From: an uncultured Bacilli bacterium
GTDB lineage: Bacteria; Bacillota_I; Bacilli_A; RF39; UBA660
Direction: 5' to 3'
NCBI GenBank assembly: GCA_910588195.1
Contig: CAJUPN010000004.1
Span: 88,290-152,289 of the forward strand
Length of the DNA stretch: 64,000 nucleotides
In this document: in pieces, positions 30,858 to 40,347 of the stretch
Layout of the letters: every line of letters begins with the position of its first letter
How positions within the stretch are numbered: the first letter of the stretch is position 1
Position numbers and translations under genes: made by a program
The notes under the pieces: generated by a model
The model's input: only the letters and a program-made list of their open reading frames with translations
Told to the model about the DNA's origin: nothing
The model's database searches: none

Positions 30858-31397
30858 ATGAAAGTAAAGAATTTAAATTCTTCTTCAAGAAAAACTAAAA
30901 AAGCTATAAAAGAAGCATTTGCTGAACTCATGCATGAAAAATGTGAACTATCTAATATTACAGTAAAAGAACTTGTAGCTCGAGCTGATATTACAAGATC
31001 ATCATTTTATACACATTATGATAATATCTATGAAGTTGCTGGAGATATCCAAAATGAAACAATGGAAATGCTTCAAAAAAATATTGAAGATTTAAAAAAT
31101 ATCGACGATTTTAATCATTGTATAGATGATATAACAAATTATTTAAAAGAAAACGAATATATTTATACAATGATTTTATCAAGTCCCAATGCTATAATTT
31201 ACGCAGATAGAATAGTTAAATTATTGAGAAAAAAATTAGATATTTCTTTTAATAAAAAAACACCTAATGAATTAGATTTAATATTTTATAGCTATGGTTG
31301 TACCAATCTATTTATAAAACATTTTAGAGGTGAAATAAACTATTCACTTGATGAAATAAATATGTATGTAAAAAGTTTAGTAAAAAAACTTTTTTAA
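30858..31397 (+). CDS. TetR/AcrR-family transcriptional regulator
   Basis: N-terminal HTH (ITVKELVARADITRSSFYTHYDNIYEV). AAGAGGTG RBS before the ATG at 30858. Confidence 0.8.
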   Translation: MKVKNLNSSSRKTKKAIKEAFAELMHEKCELSNITVKELVARADITRSSFYTHYDNIYEVAGDIQNETMEMLQKNIEDLKNIDDFNHCIDDITNYLKENEYIYTMILSSPNAIIYADRIVKLLRKKLDISFNKKTPNELDLIFYSYGCTNLFIKHFRGEINYSLDEINMYVKSLVKKLF

Positions 31398-31417
31398 AAG
31401 AGAAATTACTTTCTCTT

Positions 31418-31690
31418 TTATTTTTTGTTTTCAGGATATTCTTTATCTTTCCAATACCACCACTTAAGTTTTTCAGGATCACGAACTTCATTTTCTGCAT
31501 AATAAACTATCATTCGAAATAAATATAGCTGACATCTATCTACTTGCATACCTTTTTTTAAACAATCTTTTTTATATAATTCCTCAGGAGAAGCCCCAAT
31601 AAGATCTTCTACACAAGTTATTCCAATATTCATTAAACTTATCATTGTTCTCCTCCCAACGTTTGGAATTGTCATCAAATTGGTTTTCAT
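31418..31690 (-). CDS. Small helix-hairpin-helix DNA-binding protein
   Basis: 90 aa. HhH-like segment (IPNVGRRTMISLMNIGITCVEDLIGASPEELYK). Confidence 0.4.
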   Translation of the reverse strand: MKTNLMTIPNVGRRTMISLMNIGITCVEDLIGASPEELYKKDCLKKGMQVDRCQLYLFRMIVYYAENEVRDPEKLKWWYWKDKEYPENKK

Positions 31691-31728
31691 ATTACCTCCT
31701 TAAAAACAAAAAATAACAAGCTTACCTG

Positions 31729-32160
31729 TTATTCCATATCTATTTTATCTAAATCATCAATTATTTCTGATTGTTGATCAATTAGGTTTTTTATTCTTCT
31801 TTTATATGCAATGATATTTCTACGTAATCTAGCAGCATCATTTTCATACTGTTCAGCCTTCATTAATGCATCATTAATAATTCTATTAGCATTCTTTTTA
31901 GCTTCAGTAACTATAGCATCACTTTCATTAAGAGATGACACTTTATACTTACTAGCAGCCTCTTCAGCTATAACAACAGCACGATTAATCGTAGCATCCA
32001 TCTTTTTATAATGTTCAAGTTCTTTATTTAGTCTATCAATTTCTAAATCTTTTTCTTTCATCTTAGTTATCATATCATCAACTTTATCGACAACATCGTC
32101 AACAAAAGCATTAACTTGAGCTACATTGTAACCATTTAAACTCCTATCAAATTTTCTCAT
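31729..32160 (-). CDS. divIVA: DivIVA-domain cell-division/polarity protein
   Basis: N-terminal FDRSLNGYNVAQVNAFVDDV DivIVA motif followed by a coiled coil. Located downstream of sepF as in Bacillus. Confidence 0.75.
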   Translation of the reverse strand: MRKFDRSLNGYNVAQVNAFVDDVVDKVDDMITKMKEKDLEIDRLNKELEHYKKMDATINRAVVIAEEAASKYKVSSLNESDAIVTEAKKNANRIINDALMKAEQYENDAARLRRNIIAYKRRIKNLIDQQSEIIDDLDKIDME

Positions 32161-32184
32161 TACATATCACCTAATTTAAAGTGG

Positions 32185-32613
32185 TTAAAAATCCATTTCG
32201 TCTTCTACTTTTGATTTGGCTTTTCTTTCACTTTCTTCATCACTTATTCTTCCCTCAACATTAACATTCTTAGGAGTGCATAAGTATATACCATTACCTA
32301 ATCTTTGTAATTCTCCACCTATCGCGTATAAAGTTCCACTTAAAAAGTCAATAATTCTTCTTGCTTGATCATTTGTAACTCTTTTTAAATTTACTACAAC
32401 GGAATTTCTTCTTTTTAAATGGTCTGCAATTTGTTGAGATTCAGAATAAGCACGTGGTTCTACTAAAACCATTTTAGCTCCTGTTGAAGACTTAGATCCA
32501 GCTAAATCACTAGTATCATAAGACTCATTTTCAGTATCAATCACATCACCATTATTATCTTTAGGAAATAAAGCATCTTTAAATGCATTAAATGCCATAA
32601 GAAACACCTCCAT
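32185..32613 (-). CDS. sepF: Cell division protein SepF
   Basis: C-terminal SepF domain ([32 protein letters not shown]...AIGG). Confidence 0.85.
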   Translation of the reverse strand: MEVFLMAFNAFKDALFPKDNNGDVIDTENESYDTSDLAGSKSSTGAKMVLVEPRAYSESQQIADHLKRRNSVVVNLKRVTNDQARRIIDFLSGTLYAIGGELQRLGNGIYLCTPKNVNVEGRISDEESERKAKSKVEDEMDF

Positions 32614-32682
32614 ATATTTACTATATCAATATAATAACACATTTACACAAACATAGTAAACATTTTTTCAAAAACTTTAGAA

Positions 32683-33285
32683 CTATCTTCTTAATTTATG
32701 CTCATTATCTCTTTTGTCCGAATCTGAATTAGTAAAAGATTCATTAAATTCATGATATTTACCAACTTCTTCCTCCACATCACGATGAAGTTCTTCCATA
32801 GCCATAACAAATAGAAAATACGCAAATAAATCTACACTTTCTGCATCTACGTTTTTTTCTAAATCTGATAATAAATCTTCAAAAAAGACATCCTCTTTAT
32901 CTACTACATCACCAGTTAAATGCTCTATTTTGGCATTTTCATCTTGCTCAAAACTATCATTTTCCACGCTTTCTTCGCCATCTTCATTTTGAATAGAAAT
33001 TACTTTTGTTACATCATTATCTTCTATTTCGTTGTTCAAACGTCTTTCAAAAGTGTTTTTAAAAGCTATTAAATCAACTATTGACGAATATCGACAAAAC
33101 GGTATTAAAGGTAACAAAACTAAAATCAATTTCCCTAAAACAGGACTTTTCTTTATTGCAAAAAGATACTCTCCCCCAGTATAAGTATTTTTATAATTAT
33201 TTTTTCTTTTAAACCGTTCATAAGATACTTCTAAAATAACTCTTGAAACTAAAGATATTATAGAAATTATTAAATATATAGACAT
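32683..33285 (-). CDS. Membrane protein with acidic C-terminal tail, unknown function
   Basis: 200 aa with two TM helices. YlmG-like position in the sepF neighbourhood, but no clear motif. Confidence 0.4.
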   Translation of the reverse strand: MSIYLIISIISLVSRVILEVSYERFKRKNNYKNTYTGGEYLFAIKKSPVLGKLILVLLPLIPFCRYSSIVDLIAFKNTFERRLNNEIEDNDVTKVISIQNEDGEESVENDSFEQDENAKIEHLTGDVVDKEDVFFEDLLSDLEKNVDAESVDLFAYFLFVMAMEELHRDVEEEVGKYHEFNESFTNSDSDKRDNEHKLRR

Positions 33286-33312
33286 AAAATTCTTCTCCCT
33301 TCTTATAATTAT

Positions 33313-33852
33313 TTATTTTTTAGATTTAGCCTCTTTTTTTATTGCCGTATCAAATCTAATTTGAAGTTGTTTTAACTCTTCCTTTTTTTCATTCAAATCT
33401 GTCTTATCAGGTTCACTAAAATAATTTGTATCTTGATAATCATATAGAAGATTAAGTAATTCTTTTATATATTCTTCATATGAAGCTATTAAACTTTTCC
33501 TAGCACCCTTTATTTTATGAACTAATTCAATTGGATGTAACTCTTCAACATCAGCAAGTTTTATATCTCCCTTAGATAATTCCTCTTTTAAATCTTTTAA
33601 ACTTTGTTGGTTAAAATTAACATTGGAATTAATTGAATCAAAAAAATTAATTAACAACAAGTGATCCCCTAAAAGAAGTGGAACCCCTATAAAAAAATTA
33701 TGTAAAAAAAATTCACAAAATTTATTTCCCTTCAAATTTATATAACCAAGTGACTTTTTAAAATTTTCATATCTTTTATAATAAACTATTTCACTTGTTA
33801 TATTAGCAAAAAATGCAACCACATAAATTATTGTTAATATATATGTTCCCAT
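33313..33852 (-). CDS. Membrane protein, unknown function
   Basis: 179 aa. N-terminal TM helices, then a coiled-coil region. Confidence 0.4.
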   Translation of the reverse strand: MGTYILTIIYVVAFFANITSEIVYYKRYENFKKSLGYINLKGNKFCEFFLHNFFIGVPLLLGDHLLLINFFDSINSNVNFNQQSLKDLKEELSKGDIKLADVEELHPIELVHKIKGARKSLIASYEEYIKELLNLLYDYQDTNYFSEPDKTDLNEKKEELKQLQIRFDTAIKKEAKSKK

Positions 33853-33978
33853 AAAACCTCCCTATGATCTATTATAAAAAAGAAGAATTTTGCAAATATA
33901 GAACTAAGTACCACATAAATATCCTTCTTTTTCTAAAACGACGACTATTATAGCAAAAAAAAGAAGAATAATCAAACT

Positions 33979-35343
33979 TTAAAAGACTATTCTTTCTTGT
34001 ACATAATTTTTTACTTCTTCTACTCGTAAAGTTATTTGTTCCATTGTATCACGATCCCTTAAAGTAACTGTTCCATTATTTATAGTTTCATCATCAACAG
34101 TTAAACACCAAGGAGTACCAATCGCATCAGCTCTTCTATAACGTTTACCAATATTAGCTGTTTCATCATAACTAACCATAAAATATTTACTTAACTCTTC
34201 ATATATTTCTAAGGCTTTTTCTGAGTGATTTTTCTTTATTAAAGGTAAAACATTAACTTTATAAGGTGCTAGTACAGGATTTAATTTTAATACTTCTCTT
34301 GTATCTCCACCCTCTAACTCTTCTACATTATATGCCTCATCTAAAACAGCTAAAACTGTTCTATCAAGACCATAAGTAGATTCGATAATATAAGGAATAA
34401 ATTTTTCATTTGTTTCAGAATCTAAATAATTTTGAGAAACTCCTGAATATTCTTGATGGCGAGTTAAATCATAATTAGTACGATTATGAGTACCATTAAT
34501 TTCTCCCCATCCAAAATTAAACTTATACTCTATATCACAAGCTTCTTTAGCATAAAAAACCAACTTTTCATGATCATGATATCTTAACTTATCTTCAGGT
34601 AATCCTAAATCCATAAAAAACTTTTTACCATATTCTTTAAAATATTGATATAGTTCTGAATCTGTTCCTTCTTTACAGAAAGTCTGATATTCCATTTGTT
34701 CAAATTCAATAGTTCTAAATGTAAAATTTCCTGGAGTTATTTCATTTCTAAAAGCTTTACCAATTTGCCCAATTGAGAAAGGCAACTTTGCACGCATAGT
34801 TCTTTGAACATTTAAGAAGTTAACATATTCTCCTTGTGCATTTTCTGGTCTTAAATAAATAGTATTCTTAGAATCATTTGTAACACCTCTTTGTGTTTGA
34901 AACATCAAATTAAATTGTCTTATATCAGTAAAATTTGACTTACCACATTTAGGACATGGAACCTTATTATCTCTTAAAAACTCCATCATTTCATCTTGAC
35001 TCATCGAATCTCCCTTACTAGAGTTAGTAAAGTCATTTATTAAATTATCTACACGATGTCTTGTCTTACATTCTTTACAGTCAGCAAGTGGATCAGAAAA
35101 TCCTTGAACATGACCAGATGCTTCCCATACTCTAGGATGCATAAGAATGTCTGCATCAACTTCATAAGCATTACGTCGCATCTGAATAAATCTTTTTCTC
35201 CAACAATCTTTAATTGTATTTTTTAATCTTGCACCAAGTGGACCATAATCCCAAGTATTTGCAAGACCTCCATATATTTCACTTCCTTGAAAAATATATC
35301 CATATTGTTTACAAAAATTAACTAATTCTTCCATATTTTTTGC
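33979..35343 (-). CDS. glyQS: Glycine--tRNA ligase (dimeric GlyQS type)
   Basis: MAKNMEELVNFCKQYGYIFQGSEIYGGLANTWDYGPLG... has class II aaRS motifs and a C-terminal anticodon-binding domain. The likely start is the internal Met at 35343. Confidence 0.9.
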   Translation of the reverse strand, partial: AKNMEELVNFCKQYGYIFQGSEIYGGLANTWDYGPLGARLKNTIKDCWRKRFIQMRRNAYEVDADILMHPRVWEASGHVQGFSDPLADCKECKTRHRVDNLINDFTNSSKGDSMSQDEMMEFLRDNKVPCPKCGKSNFTDIRQFNLMFQTQRGVTNDSKNTIYLRPENAQGEYVNFLNVQRTMRAKLPFSIGQIGKAFRNEITPGNFTFRTIEFEQMEYQTFCKEGTDSELYQYFKEYGKKFFMDLGLPEDKLRYHDHEKLVFYAKEACDIEYKFNFGWGEINGTHNRTNYDLTRHQEYSGVSQNYLDSETNEKFIPYIIESTYGLDRTVLAVLDEAYNVEELEGGDTREVLKLNPVLAPYKVNVLPLIKKNHSEKALEIYEELSKYFMVSYDETANIGKRYRRADAIGTPWCLTVDDETINNGTVTLRDRDTMEQITLRVEEVKNYVQERIVF

Positions 35344-35350
35344 CATAATA

Positions 35351-35911
35351 TCATATCCTCTCTTCTTCATTATCTTTTATTCTCAAGTATCTTTCTAAAC
35401 TTTTTATATCATTCACTATACTAAATAATTTTATGTCCTCTTTACTCAAAAATTCATGGGAGTGAACACTCTCTAAAAACTTAAGTAAAGGAGTATAATA
35501 ATTATCATAATTGAATAATATAATTGGTTTCTTATCATTCCTTTTCTTAGTTTCTTCAATTAAACTAAAGAATATATTTATTGAATCTATCCCACCAGGA
35601 AGAATAAGAATCATATCAGAAGCTTGATAAATAAGTTTATTTCTTTCAAAAGTAGATGGTAAAACTTCATAGGCATCAACCTCAATATTTTCCAAAACTT
35701 TAGAATCATGAACATCTAAAATTGCTTTTATCTTTCCTGATTCATACCTATAAGTCATATAGCATTTCAAAGAACAACCTGTATCATAGCCACCAAAAAT
35801 TAACTTATGGTTAAGTCTAACCAAAGATGTTGCAACATCACTTGCTAAATTTCGATATTTTATTTCAACATTTTCTTCCCCTGAACATGCAACAAATACT
35901 TTCAAAAGCAT
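35351..35911 (-). CDS. LOG-family (TIGR00730/YvdD-like) Rossmann-fold nucleotide-binding protein
   Basis: MLLKVFVACSGEE...PGGIDSINIFFSLIEE pattern. Overlaps the glyQS start, suggesting an operon. Confidence 0.6.
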   Translation of the reverse strand: MLLKVFVACSGEENVEIKYRNLASDVATSLVRLNHKLIFGGYDTGCSLKCYMTYRYESGKIKAILDVHDSKVLENIEVDAYEVLPSTFERNKLIYQASDMILILPGGIDSINIFFSLIEETKKRNDKKPIILFNYDNYYTPLLKFLESVHSHEFLSKEDIKLFSIVNDIKSLERYLRIKDNEEERI

Positions 35912-36074
35912 TCTCCTTTCAAAGAACAAAAAAGAACAAAGCGTATGGGTGCAAATACCTGCACTGTCCCACCATACTTTGTTCTCTGATTTTCAAATTA
36001 TATAGCTCGAGGTTTCCAAGCCCGTCATCACTTTTATAGATATATTATAATACTTTTTTTATTATTTGTCGAGA

Positions 36075-38033
36075 CTATAATTTAGATGTAGGAAATAATT
36101 TAAGTTCATAACCATCCATTGATCTATTTTCACTATTGGCTCTATTAAATTCATCTTCCATTGAAGGAACATATATACTAATTCCTATACTTAATTGCTC
36201 CAAGAAAGATTTATAAGTTATTTCAGTTATAAGTCCATCTTCAACATCTTTTTTCAAACACATATTTATTTCTTGTAATAATGGAATTGCATCTTCTCCA
36301 TATGAAATAAGTCCATATAAATAAACAGCTTTTGAATGATCTATACTGTTACCACTCATATATTTCATTAAATCAAACATATCATAAGTGGCTAACTGAC
36401 TGTTAGTTCCATTAATAATAAAATCTACAATATCATCAGTACCAAAATTATTTGAATCATTTAAAGCATTAGCATAAAAATATAATAATTCTCTATCTCT
36501 AACATTTGAATAATCTAAATTACCTTCTCTACTAGCAAAATAATTATTTAATATTTCACGATAAACTTGCTTTGATACATCTTTATAACTATCTTTTTCT
36601 TGACTAAAGTATAAATAACATTCTGTTCTATTCTCATATATTCTTACATATGGAGAAAACATATTAGAAGATAATTCACAGTCAGAAGTTATATTTCCAA
36701 AAATAGCCTCTTTAATTTGCTCTGCACAATCAAATGTCTCTTTTCCATCACCTGTAATTACCTCAGGATTATCCAAATTTATATTATCATAAATCCCAAA
36801 ACCAGCAGCTAAAATAGCATTTAAATCTTTTCCTTCAAGAATATTTATAACTGCACTTTCATTGAACGATAAAATATTAGAAAGTAAACATATTTTAGGA
36901 TTATCTGAAACTATATTATTTTTAAAATTAAATAATTCAGAAGCTATTAAAGGAGCATTTTTATTTCCTTTTAATAAACTTTCAATATCTTTAATTTCAA
37001 GAGTATTTAATTTAGAAAAATCCATATCTTTAATATTATTCATAATAAGTTCATATGTTCTATTAGATAAATCATAAGAATATAACTTTCCAAAATAAAT
37101 TGCTAATTCTTCTTTTACTGCCGAATTTATTGTAGTATTAGCATTAACAGTATTCCAAAATACATTCATTGCATCTTGATCTTGTTCAATGTGAATTTCA
37201 TTACTTAAATGATTATCATAATAGTTTTTTCCGAAAGACATAATGATTGATAAACCTACTATAGCAATGGTAACTGCTACTGCCTTTTTATTTACATTAA
37301 ATCTTATTCCCTTTTTCATACTTCTTGAAGATTTAACTTTATGCATTTTAGGTTTACGAACTTTTTCTTTTTTTACTTTTTTCGCTTGCTTTTCTTTCTT
37401 TATCTTTGCTTTAGACTTACGAGACTTGAATATTTTATGAAATAATCCTCTTTTTCTGCATCCATAATCTAATGGCGTGAACTTTGTATTAATTGTGACT
37501 AATCCTTTTGTCGTTATTTCATCTTCAGTAGCTGGTGTTACCTCATCATCAAGAGACATAAATTCTAGCTCTTCTGACTCATCTTCTGGACTATTTCCAA
37601 TAAAATGATAATCATCTTCAGCTTGTTCAACTATTTCCTCTTTTAAAGAAGGCTCAACACTTGCCTGTTTTGAAGCTAAAGAATTATTAATAATTTCCTC
37701 TAGTTCTCTTAAAACTCTCTCATCATCTGACACTTCATATTTTGAAGCCCTAGCTCTTACAGCCTTGACAATTTTTTCTTCTTCACGCCCCAAAGTATCT
37801 GTTTTAGATTTTTTACTAATATCTTTTCTTCCTAAAATAGATTTTTTAGTTTGTCCCTTCTTATCTACAATAGAATCATTTACTTTAGAGGCTATAGAAT
37901 ATAAATTATATTCAGCTTCATCAATAAAGACTTCTTCTCCTGTTTCTAAATTTTTCTTAATAAAAAAACCATCTCTTAAAAATACTTCATAGCGTACGCC
38001 ATATTCTACAAGAATACAAACACCTTTTTTCAT
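36075..38033 (-). CDS. Hypothetical membrane protein (small N-terminal cytoplasmic domain, Lys-rich linker, single TM, large extracytoplasmic domain)
   Basis: 652 aa. Lys-rich stretch (KSKAKIKKEKQAKKVKKEKVRKPK) precedes the TM helix AVAVTIAIVGLSIIM. Confidence 0.5.
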   Translation of the reverse strand: MKKGVCILVEYGVRYEVFLRDGFFIKKNLETGEEVFIDEAEYNLYSIASKVNDSIVDKKGQTKKSILGRKDISKKSKTDTLGREEEKIVKAVRARASKYEVSDDERVLRELEEIINNSLASKQASVEPSLKEEIVEQAEDDYHFIGNSPEDESEELEFMSLDDEVTPATEDEITTKGLVTINTKFTPLDYGCRKRGLFHKIFKSRKSKAKIKKEKQAKKVKKEKVRKPKMHKVKSSRSMKKGIRFNVNKKAVAVTIAIVGLSIIMSFGKNYYDNHLSNEIHIEQDQDAMNVFWNTVNANTTINSAVKEELAIYFGKLYSYDLSNRTYELIMNNIKDMDFSKLNTLEIKDIESLLKGNKNAPLIASELFNFKNNIVSDNPKICLLSNILSFNESAVINILEGKDLNAILAAGFGIYDNINLDNPEVITGDGKETFDCAEQIKEAIFGNITSDCELSSNMFSPYVRIYENRTECYLYFSQEKDSYKDVSKQVYREILNNYFASREGNLDYSNVRDRELLYFYANALNDSNNFGTDDIVDFIINGTNSQLATYDMFDLMKYMSGNSIDHSKAVYLYGLISYGEDAIPLLQEINMCLKKDVEDGLITEITYKSFLEQLSIGISIYVPSMEDEFNRANSENRSMDGYELKLFPTSKL

Positions 38034-38096
38034 AATAATATCCCCTTTAAGTGAAGCATATTATACTAAATTTTTTTTAATAATGCAAATTTATAC

Positions 38097-40292
38097 CTAT
38101 ATTCGAAGTGGATTTATATCAATATCAACAGAAATATCACGATTCATAGCGTATTCTTTATCAATAAAATCGATAGCTGGTTTGATATTTTCATCAAATT
38201 TATACTTAATTATAATTTGAAATCGAAAAACATTATTTACTTTAAAAGGAGAAGCAGTGGTTGGTCCAAGAACTTTACTAGACTCATTTAAACTTCTTCT
38301 CAAATATTGAACAACCTTATTAGCTTCAGTACTTAAAATATCATAATCTTTACTACTTACTCTTATTAAAACTAAATAACAATACGGTGGGTAACTAAGC
38401 ATATGTCTTACCCCCATCTCATAAGTATAATTTCCCATATAATCCGCATTTTTAACAAAATTTAATGTCTTATTTTCAGGATTAAAGGTTTGAATAATTA
38501 CCTTTCCTTTCAAATTACCTCTACCCGCTCTTCCAGATACTTGGGTAAGCAAATTAAAAGTATTTTCTCCACTTCTAAAATCAGGTAAATTTAAAGATTC
38601 ATCAGCATTAACTACCCCAACTAAAGTTACATTAGGAAAATCAAGCCCCTTAGCAATCATCTGTGTTCCAATTATAATATCATATTTATGTGCTTCTATA
38701 TCCTTAATAATTCTTTCATGGCTTCCCTTCTTAGATGTTGTATCTGTATCCATCCTAACGACTGAATAAGAAGGATATAATGTTTTTACAAACTCCTCTA
38801 CTTTTTCAGTACCTAAGCCATAATCATCAATTGATTTTTCCTGACAATTAGGACAAATATCACTTTTTATAACTGTATAGCCACAGTAATGACATCTAAG
38901 ATGATTTTTGGTCTTATGATATGTTAAAGAAATATCACAATGGGGACATTTGTAAGTATAGCCACAACTAAGACAAGTTATAATATTTGAATACCCTCTT
39001 CTATTAATAAGGAGCATCACTTGTTCATGAGCCTCTAAACATTGCATTATGGAAATCTTTAATTCATCACTTAAAATCATATTTCTTTTTCTAACTTCTT
39101 TAGACATGTCAACAATAGAAATATCTGGTAATGAAGATGAACCTATTCGTCTATTTAAAGGTATAAACTTATACACATTTTTTTTAGCTCGTGCCATTGT
39201 TTCAAAAGATGGAGTTGCACTACCTAAAACTAATGGACAATTATTATATTTACAACGCCATTTAGCAATATCTAGAGCATGATATCGTGGGTTATTATCT
39301 TGTTTATAAGTTTGAGAGTGCTCTTCATCAATTATTATTATTCCTAAATTTTTAACAGGAGTAAATATAGCAGAACGTGTTCCAACAACAACATGAACCT
39401 CGCCATTCATAATCTTTTTATACTCATCATACTTTTCTCCATCGGATAAACTAGAATGAAATATAGCAACATCAGAACCAAAACGACGATAAAATCTTTC
39501 TACAATTTGTGTTGTTAAAGAAATCTCTGGAACTAACATGATTGCACATTTATCATCTTTTATAACTTCATTTATCAAATGCATATACACCTCAGTCTTC
39601 CCACTACCTGTAATACCATGGAGAAGTGCTATATATTCTTCATCTTTATGGGAGATAATCTCTTTATAAGCATTTTCTTGTTCTTCATTTAAAGAATATG
39701 CACTATCTATTTCTGAATTATAATTAATTCTATAGACCTGATTTCTTACTTCTCTAACTAATCCAAGTTCAATTAACTTCTTGAGACTTGACCCATTAAC
39801 ATCTTTTTTTAAAACAGGATTTTCTCTTATTAATTCAAGTAATTCAACTTGTTTTTTTGCCTTCTTTAGATTATTAAAAATAAATTCATTTATTTCATCA
39901 TCAGAACAAGCAATTTCAACCATTACCTCATACTTATTATAATCTTCTTTTGCATTAGAAACTTTCATACTAGTTGGAAGCATCGTTTGATATGCACTTA
40001 TCAAACTACATAAGGTTAATTCTTTAATATGCTTACCCAAATCTAACATCTCTTCATTTAATTTAAGTTCTTTTGTTACTACATCTTTTATATCTTTAAC
40101 CTCAGTTAAAGGAACTTCATTACTTATGCTAAGTACAAATCCATTAATATTTTGTTTTCCAAAAGGAACATTAACTTTTACACCAACAGAAACTATTCCA
40201 ATTAAATTATCTGGAATACGATAAGTAAATGTATGATCTAAAGACTTAACTCCATATTGTACTAACACATTTGCATACATAAGTATCACCAA
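38097..40292 (-). CDS. priA: Primosomal protein N' (replication restart helicase PriA)
   Basis: Walker A LHGITGSGKTEVY, DEEH box, and a Cys-rich zinc-binding insert (CLSCGYTYKCPHC...CHYCGY). Confidence 0.9.
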   Translation of the reverse strand: MVILMYANVLVQYGVKSLDHTFTYRIPDNLIGIVSVGVKVNVPFGKQNINGFVLSISNEVPLTEVKDIKDVVTKELKLNEEMLDLGKHIKELTLCSLISAYQTMLPTSMKVSNAKEDYNKYEVMVEIACSDDEINEFIFNNLKKAKKQVELLELIRENPVLKKDVNGSSLKKLIELGLVREVRNQVYRINYNSEIDSAYSLNEEQENAYKEIISHKDEEYIALLHGITGSGKTEVYMHLINEVIKDDKCAIMLVPEISLTTQIVERFYRRFGSDVAIFHSSLSDGEKYDEYKKIMNGEVHVVVGTRSAIFTPVKNLGIIIIDEEHSQTYKQDNNPRYHALDIAKWRCKYNNCPLVLGSATPSFETMARAKKNVYKFIPLNRRIGSSSLPDISIVDMSKEVRKRNMILSDELKISIMQCLEAHEQVMLLINRRGYSNIITCLSCGYTYKCPHCDISLTYHKTKNHLRCHYCGYTVIKSDICPNCQEKSIDDYGLGTEKVEEFVKTLYPSYSVVRMDTDTTSKKGSHERIIKDIEAHKYDIIIGTQMIAKGLDFPNVTLVGVVNADESLNLPDFRSGENTFNLLTQVSGRAGRGNLKGKVIIQTFNPENKTLNFVKNADYMGNYTYEMGVRHMLSYPPYCYLVLIRVSSKDYDILSTEANKVVQYLRRSLNESSKVLGPTTASPFKVNNVFRFQIIIKYKFDENIKPAIDFIDKEYAMNRDISVDIDINPLRI

Positions 40293-40347
40293 TTTAATTG
40301 TATCATAAAAATATTATTTTACATAAAAAAAGAAGAATTTCTTCTTC

